IMG/VR virus record: IMGVR_UViG_3300028025_003409
Coordinates: 1-64,000 of that record
DNA from: a virus
Direction: 5' to 3' (one strand)
Length of the DNA: 64,000 bases
Part shown: positions 1-10,000 of the stretch, in pieces
Numbering within the stretch: the first letter of the stretch is position 1
How the letters are laid out: each line of letters opens with the position of its first letter
Made by a program: the position numbers and the translations under genes
The notes under the pieces: model-generated
The model's database searches: none
Told to the model about the DNA's origin: nothing
What the model saw: only the letters and a program-made list of their open reading frames with translations

Positions 1-203
1 TATCCTTCTAGACCTAGAATTGGCTTAATGCCCTTTGCTTTTGCAATACGGTGCAGTTCCCTATGCCCAGATAAAGTACCGTGGTCAGTGATGGCAATTG
101 CTGGCATCCCTAACTCAACTGCACGGTCAACGTATTCTTCTGGAGTAGCAATCCCATCAAATAAACTAAAATGGGTGTGGACATGTAAGCCTACGTAATT
201 CAT
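1..203 (-). CDS. dnaE: DNA polymerase III alpha subunit, N-terminal PHP domain (truncated by window edge)
   Basis: Manual translation from ATG at 203: MNYVGLHVHTHFSLFDGIATPEEYVDRAVELGMPAIAITDHGTLSGHRE...GIKPILGLEG, with the HxH, SLxDG, TDHG and GxE PHP motifs of DnaE. Confidence 0.9.
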   Translation of the reverse strand, partial: MNYVGLHVHTHFSLFDGIATPEEYVDRAVELGMPAIAITDHGTLSGHRELHRIAKAKGIKPILGLEG

Positions 204-206
204 CTA

Positions 207-854
207 TTACCAGTCAGTATTTGTGCTGGTAACGGATGGGCTGTCAAAGCCAAGGTAGAACGCTTCTTGTTCTGCATAAGGAACCTTACGAAGAGCAGAC
301 TCTAGTGGATATGGCTCTGTGCCTGTCCAATCAAATGGCTCCTTGTCTGGTGCAGATGGAATAAGTGTGTAGTTGGTTTCAGTTCCCTGACCATTACGCT
401 TTAACTTCCAGACAACATTTGAAATGCTTCCAGTCTCCATTGCGTATTCCTTGATTGTGTTAAATGATGATTGCTTGCTGATACCCATTGACCAGATAGC
501 AACATATGGTGGCTCTAGGCCATCGTCTACAAGTACATTGCAGTAGAAACGAAGACGGGCTCTCCAGCCAGCCTTTGGATCTTTGCGGTGCATCTCTTCT
601 GCCCAGTCACGACCTTCTGTATCCATTGTGTCTACAGCCTTACGCTTGTAGTCCTTTGGGTTTGTGTGTTCCTTGACAACTAGTGCAAGTCCACGACCTT
701 CGTTATAGTTTGCAGAGTCTTCGTCAAGTTCTTCAATAAAACGAATCTTTGCTGATTGTCCGTCTGCTAACTTTAGCCAACGAACCTTTGGTCCATCTGA
801 TTTTGGTTTGTCGAGCAGGGCATTGATTGCTTTTAGTCCCTTTACTACGCTCAT
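207..854 (-). CDS. single-stranded DNA-binding protein (gp32-like phage SSB)
   Basis: LKLADGQSAKIRF start and KRNGQGTETNY motif; located between primase and polymerase. Confidence 0.65.
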   Translation of the reverse strand: MSVVKGLKAINALLDKPKSDGPKVRWLKLADGQSAKIRFIEELDEDSANYNEGRGLALVVKEHTNPKDYKRKAVDTMDTEGRDWAEEMHRKDPKAGWRARLRFYCNVLVDDGLEPPYVAIWSMGISKQSSFNTIKEYAMETGSISNVVWKLKRNGQGTETNYTLIPSAPDKEPFDWTGTEPYPLESALRKVPYAEQEAFYLGFDSPSVTSTNTDW

Positions 855-878
855 ATATTTCTCCTTTGTGTTGTTATA

Positions 879-1823
879 TTAGTTTAGCATAGAGTATATG
901 GATTTGTCAAACGAGAAGTCAAGTTCCTTAATTGATTTATCATCCATATCGCCTATGTCTTTATATTGTTTATCTAGTTTGATAACGGAGACACGAGATC
1001 CTAGTTTTTCAACTATCTTAGATTTCATATTTCCTCCTGCCTCATCATTATCAGCAATAACAATAATGTTATTGAAGTATTTCTGAAGCAATTCTATTTG
1101 TGTGTTTGATACATTGGCACCTAGCGTAGCAACAGCCGAAAGACCAACTTGATCCAGTCTGATAGCATCAAATGAAGACTCAACTACATACACGCTATCC
1201 AACATTTTTACTCTGTTTAAATTAAAAAGAGTTTTTGATTTTGGAAGTCCAGGAGTATTCTTAAACTCTTTTCCCTCAATGGATCTTCCTACAAACCCGA
1301 TTGGAATTCCATCTGGGCTATGAACTGGAACAGTTACCATGTCTTGTTTTTCTGAGTAGCCCAAAGAAAATTTTGACCAAGAAGAAAGTTCAATTTTACG
1401 ATACCTAAAATAATCTTTTGCTCTGTCTGATGAAACAAGATTATTATGCAAGCGCTTAAGAATAAGTTCATCAAATAAAACAAACTCTGGCTTTTGATAG
1501 AGAGCCTTATTAATATCTTGCTCTAGGTTTCCTTCTGACTCTTTGCTCTTAATAAATCTTTCAGACTCAAAGTAGGTTCTTCCAGAAACATGCATTACGA
1601 ACTCTGTTAAATTTGAAACATGCTGACAAGAAAAACAAAAGAATGTCCCGCTATACTTGTCTATTTCTCCTGCTGGTGTTCGGGTGTTGTTGTGATATGG
1701 ACAAAAAATTATATAATCGGAATCAATTTCTGACTCAACATCTATACCTGCTCCTGTGAGAACTCTCTTGATCTGTTCTTTGGTATACCTATTGGTTTGG
1801 TTCCGTCTATTCCTGCTATCCAT
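879..1823 (-). CDS. dnaG: DNA primase (zinc finger + TOPRIM)
   Basis: CPYH...CFSC Zn finger, GFVGRSI, VVESSFDA, ATLGA, DNDEAG and KDIGD TOPRIM motifs. Confidence 0.9.
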   Translation of the reverse strand: MDSRNRRNQTNRYTKEQIKRVLTGAGIDVESEIDSDYIIFCPYHNNTRTPAGEIDKYSGTFFCFSCQHVSNLTEFVMHVSGRTYFESERFIKSKESEGNLEQDINKALYQKPEFVLFDELILKRLHNNLVSSDRAKDYFRYRKIELSSWSKFSLGYSEKQDMVTVPVHSPDGIPIGFVGRSIEGKEFKNTPGLPKSKTLFNLNRVKMLDSVYVVESSFDAIRLDQVGLSAVATLGANVSNTQIELLQKYFNNIIVIADNDEAGGNMKSKIVEKLGSRVSVIKLDKQYKDIGDMDDKSIKELDFSFDKSIYSMLN

Positions 1824-2068
1824 TCGCTTTTCCTTTTCCCTACATATATTCCGTATATTGTTAATTCGAACTCAAAGTACTTCTTCTTTTCATTATAGTC
1901 TATCGTAAAATCTGGCTCTATGTCAAATCTTGGAACACACCCACTGATCTTCATTTCTGAGACAACCAGCCTGATGTATTCAGTCTTTAGCCTGCCTATG
2001 GCTGATTCATCGTGGATGACCCCATCTAAATTGAACTTCTTTATCTGCTTGTGATGATAACGAACCAT
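1742..2068 (-). CDS. hypothetical protein
   Basis: 108-aa ORF in the replication block; TATAAT 7 nt upstream of the ATG (leaderless). Confidence 0.7.
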   Translation of the reverse strand: MVRYHHKQIKKFNLDGVIHDESAIGRLKTEYIRLVVSEMKISGCVPRFDIEPDFTIDYNEKKKYFEFELTIYGIYVGKRKSEWIAGIDGTKPIGIPKNRSREFSQEQV

Positions 2069-2082
2069 AATTCATATTATAC

Positions 2083-3303
2083 CTACTTATCTTCAAAATC
2101 TTTGTATCTATAATATCCCTTGTCAAAATCACACTGGACTAAGAAGTCTCCCATAAAACCATTACGGTTCTTTCTAAAAGCGCATTCAATGATATCACTA
2201 TTTGTAGCACGGCCAAGTGCTAAAACCCAGTCTGCATCATATGCGATCTGTCTAGACCAAGCGGTTTGCCCCAGAGTAGGAACTCCGCTAAGATCATTAA
2301 CATCATCTGGTGTTGCAGATGAAATAGCAATAATAGGAACCTCTTCACCAATAGCCATTAGTTTAAGTTCTCTTGAAAGGTTCTTCATTCGTACCGTTTC
2401 ATTGTCTGACTTCTGGTTAGGAGCCATCAATTGTAGATAGTCGACAATTACAAAGTCTGGCTTGTACTGGTCAATCTTTCCACGAAGCACTGATGGATTA
2501 ATTTCTCCACCCTGATCATTTGAGATGATGTGGAACTCTGGCTTACCTTGTAGATGCTTTGCATGCCACATCTTTAGGGTTTCCATTTCAACTTCACCAT
2601 TACTGAGTTTTCTATGTGACCAAAGCCCCTCACCCATAATTGTGAATACACGATTACGAACTTCTGTTTCTGACATCTCAAGTGAGATTACAAGTGGGCT
2701 CTTGCCCTGTTTCCAGGCCTGTACAGCAAAGTATAGAGCCATCCAAGACTTTCCTATACCTGGGTATGCTAGAAAGACTCCCAAGTGCCCTGGCATAATT
2801 CCAGAAGGAAGATAGTTATCAAAACCTGGAAGATTGGTTTTGATTCCAACATGACCTGCTGCTTGCTGAATTTTTAAATTCTCAAAGTATGCAACTGCTG
2901 ACTCAAGATCAGTTACATCAATATCACGAATTGCTGAAGTGTTTTTCTTTAACTCTGATGTCTGAGTAATTAGATTATCTAACGCCTTGTTGCCTTGTCC
3001 CTGCTGAACATCTCCTGCTGCTGATCTAAGAATATCCTTAAGGCTATCATTTAAGTATTCAGTCTGCAACTCTTCAAGGTGGTGCTTTGTTGAACCAACT
3101 CCTGCTACTGGTTCAAAGTCACGAAACTTTTCAACAACAAGATTTACTGGAGGAACAGAACTGTTGTGCTCAAAGTAATTTCTGATGAACTCCCAAAGAT
3201 CTGTATGAGTTCTAAGAAGATTATCAATATTTGCTTGGAGAAGAACATGCACCTGCTTATCTTGCAAGACTGCAGATATTACCTTTGCCTCAGTGTTATT
3301 CAC
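2083..3303 (-). CDS. dnaB: replicative DnaB-like helicase
   Basis: Walker A AYPGIGKS, SLEMS, Walker B VIVDYLQLM, DAD and KNRNG motifs. Confidence 0.92.
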   Translation of the reverse strand: MNNTEAKVISAVLQDKQVHVLLQANIDNLLRTHTDLWEFIRNYFEHNSSVPPVNLVVEKFRDFEPVAGVGSTKHHLEELQTEYLNDSLKDILRSAAGDVQQGQGNKALDNLITQTSELKKNTSAIRDIDVTDLESAVAYFENLKIQQAAGHVGIKTNLPGFDNYLPSGIMPGHLGVFLAYPGIGKSWMALYFAVQAWKQGKSPLVISLEMSETEVRNRVFTIMGEGLWSHRKLSNGEVEMETLKMWHAKHLQGKPEFHIISNDQGGEINPSVLRGKIDQYKPDFVIVDYLQLMAPNQKSDNETVRMKNLSRELKLMAIGEEVPIIAISSATPDDVNDLSGVPTLGQTAWSRQIAYDADWVLALGRATNSDIIECAFRKNRNGFMGDFLVQCDFDKGYYRYKDFEDK

Positions 3304-3604
3304 TTAGCCACTCCTTAGCCATTTGTCTACGCTCTGCTCTCTCTTCGTCGTCTTTCTTTTTATCTTTTTGTGCCTGCAATATTTTTTCTGCGTTATATGC
3401 AAAGTGGTTCCAAGAAGGATTCTCTGCAACCTTAAAGTAATATTCAAGTATATCGTAACACCCAGACAAAGTATATGATTCAACAAGAGCATCGGATGCC
3501 CACTGTTCTACATTTAGATTAAGGGATGGCTTTGATTCGTACCTTGCGGTATGATACTTGCTGTATCTTGAAAGCAAAGCCATACGGTCTTTGCGTTCGG
3601 CCAT
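3296..3604 (-). CDS. hypothetical protein (possible helicase-associated factor)
   Basis: 102-aa ORF overlapping the dnaB start. Confidence 0.6.
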   Translation of the reverse strand: MAERKDRMALLSRYSKYHTARYESKPSLNLNVEQWASDALVESYTLSGCYDILEYYFKVAENPSWNHFAYNAEKILQAQKDKKKDDEERAERRQMAKEWLSE

Positions 3605-3804
3605 TACTCGTTTATTTCAGACTTTGCTTCGTTAATTTTCTGAGCAAGTTTATCTTCAACAAACTTATAGACCCTCTCAAATGCCTGATCTGTATTTTCT
3701 CCATCACGCTTTGAATCAACTACTCCAAGATCCAATCGAAGAGATTGAAAATTTCCTAGGTTAAGCGTGTATCCCAATGTTACTGATACCTTTGTTTCTT
3801 CCAT
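3604..3804 (-). CDS. hypothetical protein
   Basis: Probable start MEETKV at 3804 after a GAAAGG SD; TLNLGNFQSLRLD motif typical of small phage proteins. Confidence 0.65.
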   Translation of the reverse strand: MEETKVSVTLGYTLNLGNFQSLRLDLGVVDSKRDGENTDQAFERVYKFVEDKLAQKINEAKSEINE

Positions 3805-3817
3805 TTGATGCCTTTCG

Positions 3818-4360
3818 TTAAATAGATTCGCCCCACACTGGAACAAATCTCCCATCTTCAGTCTTTACATATGTAAGTATACCGTCTCCCATTCGCCTTG
3901 TCAACTCTTGAGCGCTTGGTGTCATATCATTTGTTATTAAATTGTCTTTTCTTGGTCTTCCAATATGGTATGTAGCAAGTATATCACGGATCTCTTTTAC
4001 TTGCGATTCTGAATAATATGATCTTACTTGAAATCCTCTTGCCCCACCTTTTTGAGATCCCGTTGGAAATGGAATGACTCCTCGTTTCATTAATGATGGC
4101 ATATATTTTTTATGACGATTAACTAAATCAGCAGTCTCTCTAACAGTATAGGCTCTCTGCCTTTTCTTTTTAAAGTCACCGATTAGACAACTTTCTATTC
4201 TGTCCTGAGTTATATTGTATACAGACATGATTCCATTAGAACGATTGAGGTGATGAACTCTTACAAGATCACCATTTAAAAACCAAACTTTTTTGTTACC
4301 AGGAATTACAGGGGCGAGATTGTAGCCTTCGCTTTCAATGCTTCCTTTTTTAAAAGCCAT
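3818..4360 (-). CDS. HTH DNA-binding protein (MerR/excisionase-like)
   Basis: YTVRETADLVNRH...KRGVIP...RSYYSESQV winged-HTH pattern. Confidence 0.6.
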   Translation of the reverse strand: MAFKKGSIESEGYNLAPVIPGNKKVWFLNGDLVRVHHLNRSNGIMSVYNITQDRIESCLIGDFKKKRQRAYTVRETADLVNRHKKYMPSLMKRGVIPFPTGSQKGGARGFQVRSYYSESQVKEIRDILATYHIGRPRKDNLITNDMTPSAQELTRRMGDGILTYVKTEDGRFVPVWGESI

Positions 4361-4497
4361 TTCCCCTCCAATGAATCGTTTGGTGGATTAAAAAATTTTC
4401 TATTTCCGCAAAGCATGCAATATGTTTCTAAATGCATAGGAGAACTATACTGTCTATCAACAAACATTCTTCCCTTGCATCTTGAGCATCTAAGCAT
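4306..4497 (-). CDS. small zinc-ribbon protein
   Basis: CxxC...CxxC (CSRCKGRM, CMLCG). Confidence 0.65.
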   Translation of the reverse strand: MLRCSRCKGRMFVDRQYSSPMHLETYCMLCGNRKFFNPPNDSLEGKWLLKKEALKAKATISPL

Positions 4498-4937
4498 TAG
4501 TTAGGAATTCCTACCACTATAATATTTAATGCAACGGTTACATCTCCAGTTTCATTAAAAATTACTACACCCTCAACTTTTGAAGTAGTCACAGTTTTTA
4601 GAACAACTGAAACATTCTTTCCAGCAGAGGTATTGGCAATGTTTAGCGGTGTAGCAACAGCGATAGGTGTATATTTAAAACTAGTGTTAAAGTCATAAGA
4701 GAATGCAACCGAGTCTCCCTTTGTCTTACTTGCGCTATTTACGATCTCCTTGTAGCCACCAATAATCTTCGCATCAGATGTTCTAACGCTTTGCTGACCA
4801 ATTCCTGGAACATCTATTGTTACATATTTTGATGTAGATAGTGGTGTCTGTGCAATTAATTTATTTAAAGACTCTACAATTGTGTATATGTATCCAACAT
4901 CTAGTGGTTGGCCACGCTCAGGTAATGGAATAGTCAT
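4497..4937 (-). CDS. putative tail-tip/structural protein
   Basis: Beta-rich; end of tail gene run; leaderless promoter TGGTATAAT-6nt-ATG. Confidence 0.55.
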   Translation of the reverse strand: MTIPLPERGQPLDVGYIYTIVESLNKLIAQTPLSTSKYVTIDVPGIGQQSVRTSDAKIIGGYKEIVNSASKTKGDSVAFSYDFNTSFKYTPIAVATPLNIANTSAGKNVSVVLKTVTTSKVEGVVIFNETGDVTVALNIIVVGIPN

Positions 4938-4944
4938 ACTACTA

Positions 4945-5400
4945 TTATACCACTAGGCTAATCGAATTAGATTCAAAAATTTTGGCATGCTCAAACTTCT
5001 TGTTTGGGAATGTTGGAATCTGAACACAAACCTTTACAGATGTTGCTCCAGCCTTTGCCAATACTGTATATGATGGAGTTAAAACTCTCTTTTCAAATAC
5101 CCAATCAGCACTATCCCACTTTAGGTATACATCAAACTCATTATTGATATCTGGTGTTGGAGTCCACGCTATAGATATAATTTTCTTAGTTGCATCTAGC
5201 CCTATGGCAAAATTTACTGCTGGAGTATCATTATCTATATAAGCAGGGATTGGCAACTTATACTGTGGAGACCAGTGAGAGTTTCTGTTTCTATCTTCTG
5301 ATACTATCCTGTATCTTACAACATATGCCTGATCATTTCCACTATATGCAGGAAGTTTTGACTTTGGAATAATTACTCTTTTTATTTTTTCTGTTGCCAT
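4945..5400 (-). CDS. minor tail protein (FnIII-like)
   Basis: YVVRYRIVSED..SHWSP and beta-sandwich pattern; tail operon. Confidence 0.55.
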   Translation of the reverse strand: MATEKIKRVIIPKSKLPAYSGNDQAYVVRYRIVSEDRNRNSHWSPQYKLPIPAYIDNDTPAVNFAIGLDATKKIISIAWTPTPDINNEFDVYLKWDSADWVFEKRVLTPSYTVLAKAGATSVKVCVQIPTFPNKKFEHAKIFESNSISLVV

Positions 5401-6563
5401 TACACAACACCAATATTAAACCTAAACTCAACAAAGTTTGTGCTGTTAGCAGATTTTAAAATTGGTCTGGCTTGTACATTTTTTATAACAGAATATCCTA
5501 CCAAACCATAAAGGATATTGAGATCGTCTGTATTTTCAATTCTTAATGCATCTAGGGCTACAAAAAAATCAGATGATGGATTATCGTTTTGATCAAGGAT
5601 ACAAACGCTGATCTTAACAGTGTTAACTGCGCTCCAAGAAAAAGATGTAGCCTTTGTTAATTCTTCAAGTTTTTTATTAATAACAAAATATCTATTGGTA
5701 GTAAAATCGTTAGAAGCATGTCCTGCTGCGTGTGTTATATCTACCTCAAACCTAGCGTACTGACCAGTATTGTGAGCATCTGCAGAGTCAAACTCTAAAA
5801 GAAGCATAACCCTTTTTGGATTGACTGAAGCATTTCCATCTCTATTTACTACTGAGAATGCTAGTCTTAACTCATCCTTTGGTGACTGTCTATTTAGATC
5901 AATGTTATTACCGTTTAAGTGTATGTGCTCGGACTTGTATGTTGTTTGACCTACTGTCCACTGTGGAAGAATAGATAGTTTTCCGCTTGTTGATTGAATT
6001 TTTGAAGAGTTTCCAGACATAAGAATTATATTATTTAAAAATCTACATCTTTCGTTTCTGTCAAGTCTCGTGTCGTCCGTAAAGACTCTGTTGTCTGCAT
6101 TTGTCTGAAAAACATTTTCTGTCTCATTAATAACATTGTCTGCGTCGTTTCCATCTAGTGGATCATAAACAATCTTAATAGATGTTGCTGCTGTCTCTTT
6201 ATGATATTCCCAGTTCTCTGTTTGGGTAAAAGAAAATAGCGCTCTACTGTCTAGCGATCCTGCAGATGAGTTTGATCCTGCTGAGTAAACTCCAACCTCT
6301 GTAATTTCATATCTTTCATCAGATGGTAGTTCTGCTGTTAGGACAATCTTATCATCGCCATCTTCGTTGACAAATCCCCTGGAAATAATAGGAACTCTTA
6401 GCATCTCGAAATCAAGAGATTTTTGTTCTGAATAGTCTCCAAATACTCCAGTTGACTGATCAAGTGGTTTAGCCCCACAGCCTACAGCAATATAAGATGC
6501 GTATGCAGGAGCCTGGCCAATAAGATATTTGGCTATAATAGACTTTCCTTTTTCTGTAATCAT
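5400..6563 (-). CDS. minor tail/baseplate protein
   Basis: MITEKGK...IAVGCG...ITEVGVYS resembles a tail-collar/fibre-base N-terminus. Confidence 0.6.
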   Translation of the reverse strand: MITEKGKSIIAKYLIGQAPAYASYIAVGCGAKPLDQSTGVFGDYSEQKSLDFEMLRVPIISRGFVNEDGDDKIVLTAELPSDERYEITEVGVYSAGSNSSAGSLDSRALFSFTQTENWEYHKETAATSIKIVYDPLDGNDADNVINETENVFQTNADNRVFTDDTRLDRNERCRFLNNIILMSGNSSKIQSTSGKLSILPQWTVGQTTYKSEHIHLNGNNIDLNRQSPKDELRLAFSVVNRDGNASVNPKRVMLLLEFDSADAHNTGQYARFEVDITHAAGHASNDFTTNRYFVINKKLEELTKATSFSWSAVNTVKISVCILDQNDNPSSDFFVALDALRIENTDDLNILYGLVGYSVIKNVQARPILKSANSTNFVEFRFNIGVV

Positions 6564-7057
6564 TAAATTGTCCCCTCATATATTGTACCATTAAGTCGTT
6601 CTCCAGAAATCAAAATCTGCACATCTAGTTGTTCGTCTGGCTCAAGATTTACTACCTCTATCACAAGATCCCCATCAGCGTTTATATATACAGTTTTTCC
6701 ACCAGGACCAGTTCCTACTGCAGGCAAAGACTTTTCAATCTTAATAGGAAAATTCTTAAATATCGTAACTGATGTATCCTGTAGGTTTAGAATGTTTTGT
6801 GGATTGTATTGTAGGTAAAGGCTACTTATGTTTTTAATTGGTTGGTATGAAATTGTTTGACCAGAGATTAAATCATTTCTAGATAAGGTAATTAGTTCAT
6901 GTCCCCCGATGTCTTCAAATATTAAATCTATCATTAACTGTTCAGGGATAACATCATCCTTAAAAATAAATAAGTCTGGGGTTGCCACCTTGACTGCTGG
7001 ATACGCTGTTGAAGTACTGTTATTTGATGGTTGTGGAGAAGTTGCTTCTGTTGACAT
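6563..7057 (-). CDS. minor tail protein
   Basis: Translationally coupled within the tail operon. Confidence 0.55.
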   Translation of the reverse strand: MSTEATSPQPSNNSTSTAYPAVKVATPDLFIFKDDVIPEQLMIDLIFEDIGGHELITLSRNDLISGQTISYQPIKNISSLYLQYNPQNILNLQDTSVTIFKNFPIKIEKSLPAVGTGPGGKTVYINADGDLVIEVVNLEPDEQLDVQILISGERLNGTIYEGTI

Positions 7058-10000
7058 TAGACCACCTCACTTAAGTATAGTGTCATATCTGGACCCTTAT
7101 CTGATTTTGAATACTGGATGCTGTAAACAATAAATCTATTATTTCCACCCTTGTTAATTCCATTTTCAAAATATTCAACTTTGACAATATCTCCAAGTTG
7201 AACTGTTGGCAATGCAAAAACCTTCACACCAATACTTCTTCTTGGTTTCATTATTTTTGATATTGTCCATTTCATTAAATCATTAGCATCGTCTTCTGTT
7301 TGAACATAAGGAACATTTAAATTAAAATCCTTATTACCATAGGTAAGTCGACTAACTTTTATGTCTTCATAGTCTTTCTTTGCTTTAAGTGGAGAAGTAA
7401 TGACTACACCATTACTAATATTTGGATCTGCTAGATTAGAAACTTTAGAAAAATATTCGTCTACACTCAAGGAGCCTTCCGACTGCTGCGTAAATGTTAC
7501 ACCCTGAATTCTTAAATAGTTTCCAGACTCAGATGAAAGACTAAGCGCTGTATCTGTTGAATTAAATATCATAAACTCTGCTCCATAAGAACCTGCTCTA
7601 AATCCAGAGACCGTGTATCCCTTTAAACTATTAAATGTTGGAGACATCTTTGCGTATAGTGCAGGCCAAGCCTTGTCATATCTTACATTAAACAAGGATG
7701 CTTCACGCATAATTGTTCCGAATTCTTCAAAATATATATTGTGGGATGGAGAGTCTGAAGATTCTATCCCAGATAAATATGTTGACTGAACAATTCCACT
7801 CATAGAATATTTTCTAAAAGATTCATTTACCGTTATTTCTCCATCATCAAAGATTGAGTTTACTGGTGTGCTTAGCGCATAGGCTGTGTTTTTTGAATAA
7901 TTATTTGAAATAGCAAACACATTCTCAAACATCAATCTTGATCCACCTCGCACAAAGAGTGCCATATTGTTATAGATTGGAAGAGGAGATATGTCGTCTA
8001 CAGTTTTAATTAGTGTGTTGTTGATATATAGGAAAAATCTTCTGATTGATCCAATATCTTGATACTCTACAGAAAGATCGTATACTGTTGGATTTTCTTC
8101 TGCTGCAACTCTGTATTGACCAACAAAGTTTCCGTCGTCTACAGTTATACTTGTTAGCCCCTCCCAAAGTTTTACTGGTACGGCATTGTTTAAATTGTCT
8201 TTTAATATTTTATAAAAGAAAACATTGTTTACATTTGAATTTTCTTTGTTAGTAAGTCCAGAAGATCCCAATGCAGCAATCTCAAAATAATAACCATTGT
8301 TTGTTTCTGGGTTTATCAATACTGCCATGCCTCCACCGCCACCTGCGATGCTTATGCTTTTTGAAGGATCATCTCCTGGGATAACATAGTATGTCGAATT
8401 TCCAACAGCGCTTTGCCCAGAGTCAGTGTTATTTTCTATCTTACCAACAATCCTTACTCTTGTTCCAAAGTGTGTGAATTTGTTTGATAGTTTTTTATAT
8501 ACATAAGAAACAAACTGGTTTGCAGTTGGATAGGTTGTAAGAACTGGCCCACTAACAACTAGGGCTGAAGACTGAACTGCTCCAGCCTGTGTGCTTTGTA
8601 GGGTATTTGTGGTGGATTGATCTAGATAGGTAGATGCCAAGAAGTTTCTAATGATTCCATTTCTTGTTGTTTTTTTAGCAAGTTCATTACTTGTCAATGG
8701 TGTCTCAACTGGGGGTGTTCCAAGATTAACAAATGCAGTTAGACCTGCAGCACCTTGTGACAAACCTGCTGCGCTAGTTGGAAGTTCTGAGGCGGATGAA
8801 TTAAACAAGACATCTGACTTCATAGTTACTCCACGAAGATTTGCGTTGTCAGACCAGTAGGGGCTTAGTCCTGCACTATGAGCAACAACTGGTGTTCCAA
8901 ATTGACCTCTTCCGTGCTTTGCTACTGCTCCATTCTTTAATCTTAAAACTCCACTTACTTCCTCATAGTTTGGCTCAGCATAGATTCTTACAGACCCTGT
9001 AGGATACATTTTTCCATTAAAAGGAACCTTGGAAAGGTAAGAAGAATACTCCTGAACATCTGTAATCCAAACATTTCCAACTCCAGCAACACTGTATTCT
9101 ATTGCGTCATACTTTACTATTTCTCCACCCGCATAGAAGTATCCATTGTACCTTGATAGCCAATATACGGCCTCTCCAAAATTCATTGTGTTATTTTGTA
9201 AAACATTGTTAACAACTGTTGGAACTGATGCTGAAAGATTAGAGTTTAGCGGTATAGCAGATAGAAGATAGTTTGACTGGTTTCCAACCTGACCATTTGA
9301 AGACTTTAGATTATCCTCTCCAGTAACTTCCCATAAAAGAACTGGCTTATATATATATGTTCTATCATTATCAATAAGCATTGCCTGGCTAGTAGATGCT
9401 ATAGATCTTTGAATTGATCTTGATGTATAGGTAATCTTTCCATCGTTATATGGCTTAGTATCGTTGGTAGTAAATTCAATGATATTGGCAAGTTTGTTGT
9501 TTGTATGGAAATTATTTACAATACCGCTTTTTGTTTGATCTTTTGTGCCATACAGAGTTATATCTGTCTCTCTTTCAGTCAGAGATGGCATAATGTAATT
9601 TTTACTCATTGTTATAAAATTATTGTACTCATCAAAGAACATTGCTGTTTGTGTGGATATTGCTATGTCTTCTAATACTTCTGCAACACTCGTGTCTGGT
9701 GGAATAAAGAAATATGGAATGGTCATTTCTTTTTCTCCAGGAATTCTTTTAAATGTATAGTTCGAAAATCCAGTAGAATCTAAAAGCAGGGAGATTGCAG
9801 AACTTGTAGAAACATTTGTCAATAACATTTCTGGAGCAATAGAAGACTCTAAATGAAAGAACATGTCTCTAAGACTAATATCTGCAATCTTGTCTGAGTT
9901 TGAAACTTCTGGAGATGACTCTGAGTACATTGTTTTGATTGGTATGTAATAGTCATATCCACCCAAGTCAACAACAATATCATAGAACTTAAACTGAATA